Translations under genes and position numbers: made by a program
Part shown: in pieces, positions 11,269-22,028 of the stretch
Layout of the letters: the number at the start of each line of letters is the position of its first letter
Position numbering within the stretch: position 1 is the first letter of the stretch
The notes under the pieces: model-generated
The model's input: only the letters and a program-made list of their open reading frames with translations
The model's database searches: none
What the model was told of the DNA's origin: nothing
From: Mobula hypostoma
Lineage: Eukaryota
NCBI RefSeq assembly: GCF_963921235.1
Contig: NC_086108.1
Span: forward strand, 50,780,001 to 50,844,000
DNA: 64,000 nucleotides
Direction of reading: 5' to 3'

Positions 11269-12764
11269 TATTTGGCAGTGTCAGATTGTCAGATCGTCAC
11301 CTGCTGGGACAGAGTGAAAAAGAAAATGATTTGGATCTTATGTAAAAGGCTGTAATCCTGTGTCTATTTCAATGGAAACAATTTACATGAAAGAAAAAAA
11401 ACTATTTCCTGTTGTAATTCTCTGCTGATGTATCAGCTTTTCTACTTGCTTAAATGTCTGCAAATTCTATGAATGAAAGACCAAAGCACTCTACCAACCT
11501 CAAGTGGCTAAAGGCTACTATTACAATTATTGCTTCCAGTGTATTTTCCTCAACTCATGCTGCACTCCCAGTGTAAGACAGTGTTGTTTTTGAAGAAGCC
11601 TCCATTTATTCACGTAATGACAGATTTCAATGATCCCCCAAGAAATTGCAAAAAAGAAACCCTAAAATAATCACAATAAGCATGGTTGTATTTTCATTTC
11701 CTTTTGATACCATTATTGTCGTACATTTAAAATCACCTTTGAATGATACGCCTCAGGAGAAGACAAGAGACTAGTTTGCTGCTTGGAATTCCACTTGAGG
11801 TTGTTCCATTTACCTGAATCAAGTATGAAGCACTGAGCTCCTTCTCTCCTTCCCTGCTTCCTGGAGTCAGAGACAAGTCGCAATGGTAACATGGCCACAA
11901 GAAGAGGCACAAACACCACCCCCCCCCCCCCCACCAAGACACTCCACACAAGTTTGGACAGAAAGCAAAGTTAGCTTTGCCTTTTGTGGAAGTTGTCATT
12001 CAATTTAAGTACTTACAGCATCCATAGATATTAAAAAGCATAGGTAACCATAACATTTTAAAAAATTAGTTTGAAACACATGTGCACTGAGAAATAGTTG
12101 AAAATAAACTAAATCATGAAACTGAAAGGCTGGATCTTCATTGAAAATAATGAAGTCTAAAGTTCAAAGTTCAAAGAAAATTTATTATCAAAGTACATAT
12201 ATTTCTCCATATACTACCCTGAGATTCATTTTCTTGTGGGTGTTCACAGTAAAGAGACACAATAGAATTAATGAAAAACTGCACAGAAAGCGGACAAACA
12301 ACCAATATGCAGAAGACGACAAAGTCACAGCCACGGACTCCACGGACAGGTGGGTTGTGGAATAGGTTTGGTAATCATATTCATGGGTTTACATGTTTCA
12401 GCCAATTAGTGTTTCATTATGATGATATTTAACTCCTTACCTCTTCTTCCACTTTTGTCAAGGTTTGACAAAAAGCTGAGCAACATCTACTTTTCCTGCT
12501 TACTGTTGGCCTGGTTCTGGGAAAAAAAGACTACTATTTAGTCCAATGCTGCCAGGCAGCGTGGTATTTATTTAGTACTAAGCTACTAGGGCCGAGGCGC
12601 TGTATTGGTGTTAACCTGGATTTGATATTTCTAGCTAACAACCCTGTTGGCCTCGCATTTATTGTTTTCTCCCTCCCCCCTCTATTTTTTGCACAATTTT
12701 GACCTGTTGCTCCACTTCCCTGTCTCTTTCTCTTTCTCCACACTGGGGGCATCACTGCACATCC

Positions 12765-13070
12765 TGTCAAACAAGCTGTAGAAAAAGAAAAAGGAAAAAA
12801 AAACAACAAATAATAATAATAATAAATAAGCAATAAATATCAAGGACATGGATAAATAGTCCTTGGAAGTGAGTCCATTGGTTGTGTAAACAGTTCGGTG
12901 TTGGGGAGAGTGAATTTATCCCCCCGATGGTTGAGGGACAATAACTGTTCCTGAACATGGTGTTGTGGGTACGAGGCTTCTGTGACTCCTTCCTGATGGC
13001 AGCGAGAAGAGAGCATGGCCTGGATGGTGGGTGTCCTTGATAATGGATCCCCGTGTGGGTCTGTTGAGCC
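12765..13070 (-). mobile_element. Rex1/Babar-like LINE 3' fragment
   Basis: The minus strand gives DPHGDPLSRTPTIQAMLSS / RTHNTMFRNSYCPSTI, similar to the C-termini of other Rex1 copies in this window. Confidence 0.6.
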
Positions 13071-14417
13071 CCATAAGACCATAACACCGTAAGACATAGG
13101 AGCAGAACTAGGCTATCTGGCCCATCGAGTCTGCTCCACCATTCAATCATGGCTGATCCTTGTTTTTTCTCCTCCTCAATACCAGTTCATGGCCTTCTCC
13201 CCGTAACCTTTGATGCCATGTCCAATCAAGAACCATTCAATCTCTGCCTTAAATACACGCCACCACAGCTGTACGTGGCAACAAATTCCACAAATTCACT
13301 ACCATTTGGTGAAAGAAATTTCTCCGCATCTCTGTTTTGAAAGGATGCCCCTCTATCCTGAGGCTGTGCCCTCCTGTGCTAGACTCTCCCACCATGGGAA
13401 ACATCCTTTCCACATCTACTCTGTCTAGGCCTTTCAACATTTGAAAGTTTTCAATGAGATCCCGCCTCATCCTTCTGAATTCCAGCGAGTACAGACCCAG
13501 AGCCATCAAACATTCCTCATATGATAACCCTTTCATTCCTGGAACCTTGTGAAGAACCTTTCATCCTTTGAACCTCCTCTGGACCCTCTACACAGCCAGC
13601 ACATCTTTTCTAAGATGAGGGGTCCAAAACTCTTCACAATACTCAAGATGAGGCCTCACCAGTGCCTTTTAAAGTCTCTGCATCACGTCCTTGCTCTTGA
13701 ATTCTAGACCTCTTGAAATGAATGCTAACATGGCATTTGCCTTCCTCACCACTGACTCAACCTGCAGGCTAACCTTTAGGGTGTTCTGCACAAGGCTCCC
13801 AAGTCCCTTTCCATCCTAGATTCTTGGATTTTATCCCCGCTTAGAAAGTAGTCCGCACATTTATTTCTACTACCAAAGTGCATGACCATGCATTTTCCAA
13901 CATTGTATTTCATTTCCCACTTCTTTGCCCATTCTCCTAATCTGTCTAAATCCTTCTGCATCCCTCCTGTTTCCTCAACACTACCTGACCCTCTACCAAT
14001 CTGTGTATCATTTGCAAACTTGGCAACAAAGCCATCTATCCTATTCTCTAAATCATTTATATGCAGCATAAAAAGAGGTGGTCCCAACACCGGCCCCTGT
14101 GGAACACCACCAGTCACTGGCACCCATCCAGAAAAGCATCCTTTTATTCCCACTCGCTGCCTCCTACCAATCAGCCAATGCTCTAACCATGTTAGTAACT
14201 TTCCTATAATACCAAGGGCTCTTAGCTTGGTTAGTAGCCTCATGTGTGGCACCTTGTCAAAGGCCTTCTGAAAATCTAAATATACAACATCCATTACATC
14301 CCCTTTATCTATCCTACTTGTAATCTCCTCAAAGAATTCCAACAGGTTCGTCAGGCAGGATATTCCCTGAAGGAAACCATACTGACTTTGTCCTATCTTG
14401 TCCCATGTCACCAAGTA
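13071..14417 (-). mobile_element. CR1 LINE, 5'-truncated (RT to 3' UTR)
   Basis: ORF 13776-14414 has YLDFQKAFDKVPH, GVPQGPVLGP and KFAND. ORF 13249-13536 is the CR1 C-terminus (LYSLEFRRMRRDLI…VVNLWN). A (CCATAAGA)n tail is present. Confidence 0.9.
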
Positions 14418-14419
14418 CT

Positions 14420-16592
14420 AGAGGTTCTGTTTAGAAATACTGGTCACATAATGTAGGAATTAGAAACAGGTGAAGGCCACTCATAAAGATGAGAAAATTA
14501 AAGAAACCAAAAAGATCCGAACCACTGGATTATCAACAACTACAAAACAACCCTCATCTGAAAACAGAATACACAATCAAGGTGAAAAACTATTTTCAAT
14601 TGCTGCAGGATGAAGGAGGCAAATCTTCCTGGGACATACTGAAGGAATCCATGGTTGTAGCTGCAAAAGAAACCACCTCACGAAAAGAACGGAAAAGTAA
14701 GAAGAAATGGATAACTGAAGATATAATACAATTGATGCAACAAAAACAGACCATCAAACCAAGAAACAGCGAAGAATACAAACAACTTGATAAGACAATA
14801 AAAAGAAAATGCAGAGAAGCTAAAGACAGATGGCTAAATGAGAAATGCTCAGAGAGAGAAATGCTATAAATCCATAACCCTGGAACAAAGTTGATGCACA
14901 ATAAGATTAAAGAACTAACGGGGAAATTACCTTGCTCAGCAAGTGGATGCATCAAGGCAAAAGATGGCAGCTTAATTATGAACAAAGAGGAAATCCTAAA
15001 CAGATGGACAGAATATATAAAAGAACTTGAAGACCAAAGAGGAGAAAAACTGAACATAAAGAAGAATCTTGAAGGACCTAGCATTCTAAAATCAGAAATT
15101 CGAGCAGCCGTAAATGAAACAAAACATAACAGAGCAACTGGTCCGGACAACATCGCTGTTGAAATGATACTGGCCTTAGAAGATTTTGGAATAGAGAAAA
15201 TAACAGAAACAGCAAATAAAATCTATGATCATGGGGAGATACCTGATGATTTAAGTAAATCAGTGTTCATCACACTTCCAAAGAAAGAGGGAGCAACAGA
15301 ATGTGAGTTACATCGTACAATAAGCCTGATGAGCCACGTGGCAAAAATTATTCTCAGAGTAATCATGATGAGAGCAAGAAGCTGTATAAAACCAGAAATC
15401 AGTAAAGAACAATGCGGCTTTGTGGAAAACACTGGAACCAGAAATGCAGTTTTCATGCTACGGATGATCTGTGAACGAGCCATCCAGGTACAAAAAGACA
15501 TCTACCTATGTTTCATTGTCTATACAAAAGCTTTTGACACTGTCAGACAGCGAGGTCTTCTGGAAATGCTTCAAGATCTTGACATAAATGGGAAAGATAT
15601 ACGTTTCTTAAGAAACTTATACTGGGACCAGACAGCATCCATCAGAATAGAAGGAGAAGTGAGTGAGTATGTGAATATCACGAGAGGGGTCAGGCAAGCT
15701 TGTGTCTTTTCACCAGACTTATTTAACCTGTACCTGTATAGTGAAAATATCTTGAGAAGTATCAAAGACATCAAAGGATTCACAATTGGGGCCATAATAT
15801 AAATAACATCAGATATGCTGATGACATCATACTAATAGCTGACTCAGAAACAAAACTTCAAGAACTACTCACTATAGTGGCAGCAGAAAGTAATCGCAGA
15901 GGCCTCTCAATCAACACCAAGAAGGCAGAAAGCATGGTCATCTCCAGAAAGACAAACATCCCACAATGTGTGATCAAGATCGGAAATACAAACACCAAAC
16001 AAGTCAACAAACTCAAATATCTTGGTAGCCTAATAACAAGTAATGGCAGGTGCGACACAGACATCAAATACAGCATAGCAATGGCAAAAGAAACTTTCCA
16101 AAAAATGAAGACCGTATTAACAGACAGAAAGATGAGCATGTACACTAAAAACAGAATACTGCAGTGCTATATTTATTCTATCCTGACTTATGGAAGTGAA
16201 TGCTGGACCATTTCTCCAGCAATGGAGAAGAGACTAGAAGCAGCTGAATTATGGTTCTACAGGAGAATATTAAAAATATCATGGACCACACACACATCAA
16301 ATGAAGAAGTCTCAGAAGAGCCCAAGCAGTTCGCTCACTCATACCAACAATAAGAGGAAGACAACTCAGGTTCCTAGGACACATCGTGTGGAAAGATGAA
16401 CTAGAAAAACTCATACTCTCTGGAAAGATTGAGGGGAGCAAACCTAGAGGAAGACCTCAGCTTATGTACATCAAAAGCTTAGCCAGGTGGCTACACATCG
16501 AGGAAATGGAAGTCATCCAAAAAACGAAGGATAGATCTATATGGAAAACCATGGTCACCAAAGTCCGCATCGTTTATGGTACCTAGACGGAC
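14420..16592 (+). mobile_element. RTE-clade LINE, 5'-truncated, several stops and frameshifts
   Basis: RT motifs (HRTISLMSH, EQCGF, YTKAFD, GVRQACVFSPDLFNLY, IRYADD at ~15808-15825), then KYLGS, YGSECWT and the RTE-type C-terminus GKIEGSKPRGRP. Confidence 0.9.
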
Positions 16593-17549
16593 AGAAGGCC
16601 CCTCATCCCTCAAGTCTACTCCACCATTTAATAACATCAAGGCTGATCCAGCTGTAACATCAATTCTCCATTCCCATCTGTCCATATTGCTAAATTAAAA
16701 TTTCCTGTAACTTAATGATGGCAGTTGAAGGCAGTGGATGAAGAGGATAATGGCACAGCCAACATCAACAAATACGGCAGGAAGTTAAAAAAAAATTAAG
16801 AACCCGTGGATATCAATCTTTCTCTTGGCTTTGTTTGTGTAGTGGTGGGTGGTAGGCGTGTGTGATGACGAAAGGGAAATCGAAAAGAAAGGAGAAAGAG
16901 AGCAGTGAAAAAACTGTGTTTATAAATGAATGTCAGAAGCTAAAGCAATCCAGAAGTTGTTGTGTTATTTTATTGATAATTAAAGGGTAACTTGCTGTGT
17001 TATGGAAGTAGTTTATCATGGAGGAAATTAACCAGAGGTTATCCATGACCTACAAGAAACCTTGGAGCAACAGGAAAGTATGACGCAACAGTGTTTAATA
17101 TAGTTGAGCTTATGGGGAAAAGATGTGGTGAATGTTGAACTATGGCATCTGAGGAATTTAGAGTTCTTCCCACGAATGTGTGGTCTGTCATATTGAATGC
17201 TTCCTGTATTCCAGGTCTTTTAACTGCAATATCTACAAGACAGATTAATGGATTCAGAAACTCAAAGAAGAATATATAAACAAAATTTACTTTTTCAGAC
17301 TGAACAATGATATCCTGTGACAGTCGCAATTGATATACTGTAGTTCACATTTCCAATTCTTCCAAATCTCATCAAGTACTTTTGTGTTTATAAAATGATA
17401 TTAAAAAAGTTACTTTTTTTTGTAAAGTGGTTCCTTTTATTTTTCCCCTATCATACATGGCATGTTGACACCATTAGCAATATCGGCATTAATCATCTTT
17501 AATCAGAGTGGAATGCCCAATCATTTCAGAACAGATACTATAAAACAAC

Positions 17550-17862
17550 ATCTGGATTACCGAGCTTGGCAAAATGTTCGCCGATGTTTCAGCTCAAATC
17601 AAGAAATTCTCGTTCTTTTCTTGTTCTTGCTTGAGTCAGGTCTCTGGCTGTGTCCAACTGAAATGGACGACAGCCTGAACTGCAAAACAGTGTTTTGAAC
17701 CAGCCAACCAGACCATGATGTCTAATCAATATCCATTCAGACCCCGGAGGAGGATATAAGCCGGCAGTCTGAGGAGACCACACCCTCAACTGTGCATTGA
17801 TGGTGACTTCTTGCTTGGAGCCGAAATGTCTGCAAACATTTTGCCAAGCTTGGCAATCAACC
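17550..17862. mobile_element. Penelope-like terminal fragment with ~50-bp inverted repeats
   Basis: GATTACCGAGCTTGGCAAAATGTTCGCCGATGTTTCAGCTC (~17554) is inverted relative to GAGCCGAAATGTCTGCAAACATTTTGCCAAGCTTGGCAATC (~17818-17858). Confidence 0.5.
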
Positions 17863-17919
17863 AAACTTACAAATAGCCAACCCAAGCTACCAATATTCTG
17901 CAATATTTCATATAACATT

Positions 17920-18078
17920 ACCATAAGACCATAAGATACAGGTGCAGAATTAGCCTACTTGGCCCATCGAGTTTGCTCCACCATTTCATCATGGCTGAGC
18001 CATTTTCCCTCTCAGCCCCAATCTCCTGCCTTCTCCCCGTATCCTTTCATGCCCTGACTAATCAAGAATCTATCAACC
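17920..18078 (-). mobile_element. CR1 3' UTR/tail fragment
   Basis: CCATAAGACCATAAGATACAGGTGCAGAATTAG… matches the CR1 tails at 13071 and 45535. Confidence 0.75.
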
Positions 18079-18344
18079 ATGGATCTGGAGTTACAAGTAA
18101 GACAAGAAAGACAATAAACCAGAGGATTTTTATGATAATCCACCAATTTGGCAATCACCATTATTGATGCCAGCAATTTTATTCCAATTGCATTTAATTA
18201 ACTGAATTGCAGTGGGGTGATTTGAACTCAGGTCAGTGATTCAGCAATCCCAATTCTTATTTGTTTAGGGGTGGGCGGGAGGGAAGCTATGGAAAGAGTG
18301 TTCAAAGTAAACTTTATTATCAAAGTACGTGACTTGCTTGAAGC

Positions 18345-18810
18345 AGGTGAGTATCCCACACTGTCAAAGTGAGAGGTTAAAGATCTTGGGGAACACACCA
18401 GCCAGTTGATCAGCACCAATCTTTAGTACCTGGCCAGGTATCCCATTTGGGCCAGATGCTTTTCGTGGGTTCACCTTTCTGGAGTCTGCTTGCGTCGACT
18501 TCGGAGACTGGGATCGTAGGATCATCGGGGGATGTGGGGGTTCATGATGGTTTCTCCATGTTTTGGTGGTCAAAGTAAGCATAGAAGGCATTGAGCTCAT
18601 CTGGAAACGAAGCCCTGCTGTCTCCTATGTCACTTGATTTAACTCTACAAGAGGTGATAATATTCATGCCCTGCCACAACTGTCGAGCATTCTTCGTGGA
18701 TTCAAGTTTGGTCTGAATTGCCACTTTGACTGTGAGATGGCTTTCCAGAGATCATACCTGGACCTCTTGTAACTTTCTTGATACCAGACTGGAATGCCTC
18801 TGATCTGGAG
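18345..18810 (-). mobile_element. Rex1/Babar-like LINE internal fragment
   Basis: ARQLWQG…ASFPDELNAFYAYFD and KVNPRKASGPNGIPGQVLK…ADQLAGVF…IFNLSL, homologous to 57100-57440. Confidence 0.75.
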
Positions 18811-19179
18811 GTTGGAATTGTTGTTGATTGAGGAGGTGTCAAGAAGAAAGGCAGAGAAAGAAGGCGCTATTATCCCAGTAGCCCAGCCAACAAGCGATCA
18901 TGCCCAACACATGAATCATTTTAATTCGTTATATAACTATATCAATTAATTTATGAGTAGTAACCATGTTAGGTGCCATGAAACAAAGGAATTTTTGTTT
19001 TACAACGAAGTAATTTTTTTGCTATACGAAGAAGCATAGGCCTAACACAAACAGATACAAATCAAATATAAACCTACCACAACTCTTTAAGATTATTGGC
19101 CCTAAAAGATAAGTCTTCAATGCAGCCAGATTTCCAACAATATATCAGTTGAAGTGTCACTTAAGCAGGGCCTTGAGAT

Positions 19180-20090
19180 TAAGTATGACTTCTTGCACTG
19201 CATTTCATTTCGTAGATTGTAAGGCAGCAATGAAGCCAAAGTGAGACAGATGACGGATGATGGGTTAGGAAAGTCAGGTAATTTGTGAGGTGCTACAAAC
19301 CATCAACCATTTACCCAAAACCTCTGTGCATCCCTGAAGTATGGCTTCAAGGTTCTTAATAACATCCTAAATGATCCTTCTCCCTTTTGAGCAATCATGG
19401 ATTCCCAAGAGTCAGTTAGAACGTTGCACTTCAAGAAACTTTGAGCCCATCCTTGAACCTTTTCCTTTGTCTGTCTGAGTACCTCCTCCCATGGCGGAAC
19501 TGAGAATGGATTGCTTGCTTCAAGCCTACAATTGATGCAGCCTGCCCAAAAGTAGCCAGCTGAGTGTAACCATGGTAGTGATATTGGCCTGCGAAAGGTC
19601 TTTAGTTTGCTTGTCCTTGCAATGAATATAGATGATTTTGTGGATATAAAAATTTTCCCCTGCAGGAGGTGAGTTCAGGTCTTAAAAGCATTAGGAGCAG
19701 AGAGATTACGGTTGTCCACTAGACCACAAGTTTTGTTTGAACTCTTCAGATTCTCTTTCTCTCAAACACTATGCTGGTACATTGAAAGCAGAGAAGAATT
19801 TTATCAATGACTGCCTTTATTGAGAGTTAGCTCCTGAGTTATGGAAAGTGATCTATGTTTTTGCAAGGTCTTTTTATGATCTATTGAAAGGAAAGTGGTG
19901 TAATGGGAGATGACTGCAAGAAGACCTTCATCTTAGGTGCATAGAGCGTAAGGCCTAACTTCACATATACTTCAATGAAATGGTCTATAATGTGTCACCT
20001 ACTGTGTGAAAACAGAGTCATCTGTATACAGCAGCCTGACTATTGAAAACTTGATTATCTTGATTCTGCTCCAGTCACAATCTGTTAAAC
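19180..20090 (-). mobile_element. Highly degraded RTE-like LINE 3' region
   Basis: The minus strand near 19380-19470 gives KRFKDGLKVS…SWES, like an RTE C-terminus. Otherwise decayed. Confidence 0.4.
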
Positions 20091-20996
20091 AGTACTATAA
20101 AACATAGAACAGTGAAGCACAGTATAGGCCCTTCAGCCCACAATGTTGTGCTAACTGACTTTAAGATGAATCTAACACTACTCTTCCACATAGCTTCCAA
20201 TTTTCTTTCATCCATGTGCCAATCACTTCCAATCAGAGAGGAGGTCCAGGAGCCTGAAGATGCACAAACGGTTTAGGAACAGCTTCTTCCCCCCGCCATC
20301 AGATTTCTGAATGGTCCACGAACCCATGAACACTACCTCGCTATTCCTCTTTTGCACTATATTTTTTATTATTCAAAGATTCAAAGTATGTACGCCGTAT
20401 ACAACCCTGAGATTCATCTTTCTGCGAGCAGCCATGAAGCAACGTTACACTATGGAACCTGTTCCAAGAAAACATCGAACAACCAATGCGCAAAAAAGCC
20501 AACAGTTCACAGAAACAGCAAAACGTGCGAAAAGCACAGAAAATAAAACATCAATGAAATAAGTAGTCTAGGGCTGTTTGGTTTTGTTCAGTTCACTCTA
20601 GTGCTGTGTTGTTTGTTGAGTGCAGGCTGCAGAGCCAGTCCACCCTGATCAAAATCACACAAAATGGCAATAAAAAAAGGAGCAATCAGAAACACGTATA
20701 ACATGAACTACAGAATCCAATCCACAAGCCACTTTGATTAAACCTTGCCCAAGACCCTGGTCTCCGGCAGCATTAAGTGGGAGGTACAGAGAGAGACCAG
20801 TCACATTAAATGCAGGCAGACAGTGCTGAACACCCACTTGCTGCCTGGAGTCATCCTCATTGATTTCAACCGTGCTTGACACTTCAATCGGCAAGAAATG
20901 GAGTCGAGCATAGGCTTGTGCCCTGTCTCCAGGCTTCTTGGCTCCCCAAAGCCACACACTCCGCTTGAAACTTCACCGAGCTCCCTCGGAAACAGC

Positions 20997-21856
20997 TGTT
21001 ACATACCCCGTAACTGGGTTGCCAAACCAGCAGAAATGGATCACTCAGTTGGAGTCTGGAGTACTAGAACTAAGAAAGTTTTATTAAAGAAACAAGCAAC
21101 ACATTAATCGAAAGGATAATAAATGCAACAGTTCAGCGATGATAAACACACATGTGCACAGAATTAAGATAACAGCATCAATCAAGCTCTATCGTTGTCT
21201 AGGGGGTAAATGACCAAATTTCAAAATGACTCAAAGTTCAGTCCAGTTCAGTTTGCAGTAATCGTTGCCATGGCGAGGGACAACGTGGGGGGAGAGAGAG
21301 AGGGAACAGGAACAACTGATCATTCAGAACACGGCTTCACTCACAGACCGGCGATATTGCTCACAAGCAGCTTTTTGGGCGGGTCCTTGGTGATGTCACC
21401 TGAGGTCACCGACTGTGACCCCTCCTCCAGATGCGGTCGATCCTCTGCAGTGAACCCGGCACCCAGGCAAGGGCGGACACACACCGGGTTCCCGCTGATC
21501 GTACCTTTCCACCCTTGTCGTTATCTGGTACTTCTCACCCACTCGTGAGAGGCACACCGCTTCCAGGGTCTCGTTACCTCGGGTGGCGTGTGTGTCCCTG
21601 TCTTAGCGAACCTGTCCCTTTTTATCCCCCTGCTGGGGTATCGCCTGTCCATCACTTCAAACAGCTCAGGGTTCAAAGGGGGAGCCGCTCCAGACAGCTC
21701 TCTCTCTCCCACGTCCCTTCATTACACATCTCCAGATGCTGCTCCATTGTTCCTTATCTCTCCTTCCCCTGAGGGCAGGTGGCAGACCAACTGCTGATGT
21801 CACTGATGCTAACCCAGGCCAGCAAACATCTTAATTTTATGTGTATTCTCGTAACA
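20997..21856 (-). repeat. 3' LTR (860 bp)
   Basis: Direct repeat of 25061-25917. About 16 substitutions and 2 small indels by manual comparison (~98% identity). Confidence 0.95.
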
Positions 21857-21870
21857 CTTCCCCCCTTTAA
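21857..21870 (-). other. Polypurine tract
   Basis: The minus strand reads AAAGGGGGGAAG immediately before the 3' LTR. Confidence 0.85.
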
Positions 21871-22028
21871 GGATTTTTACCGAGAGGTAAAAATTACAAA
21901 CATGACTACATTATTTGATACATACACAATATACATCTTTATCAGCCATTTGGCTAACACAGCGAGTTTGAAGCTGTCAACACCTTGACAGACAGTCATC
22001 ACATTTTCTGTTCCTTTTACACGTGTTA

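Noticed and set aside
21210..21797. ORFs inside the LTRs
   Set aside because: Frames differ between the two LTR copies because of indels, and there are no protein motifs.
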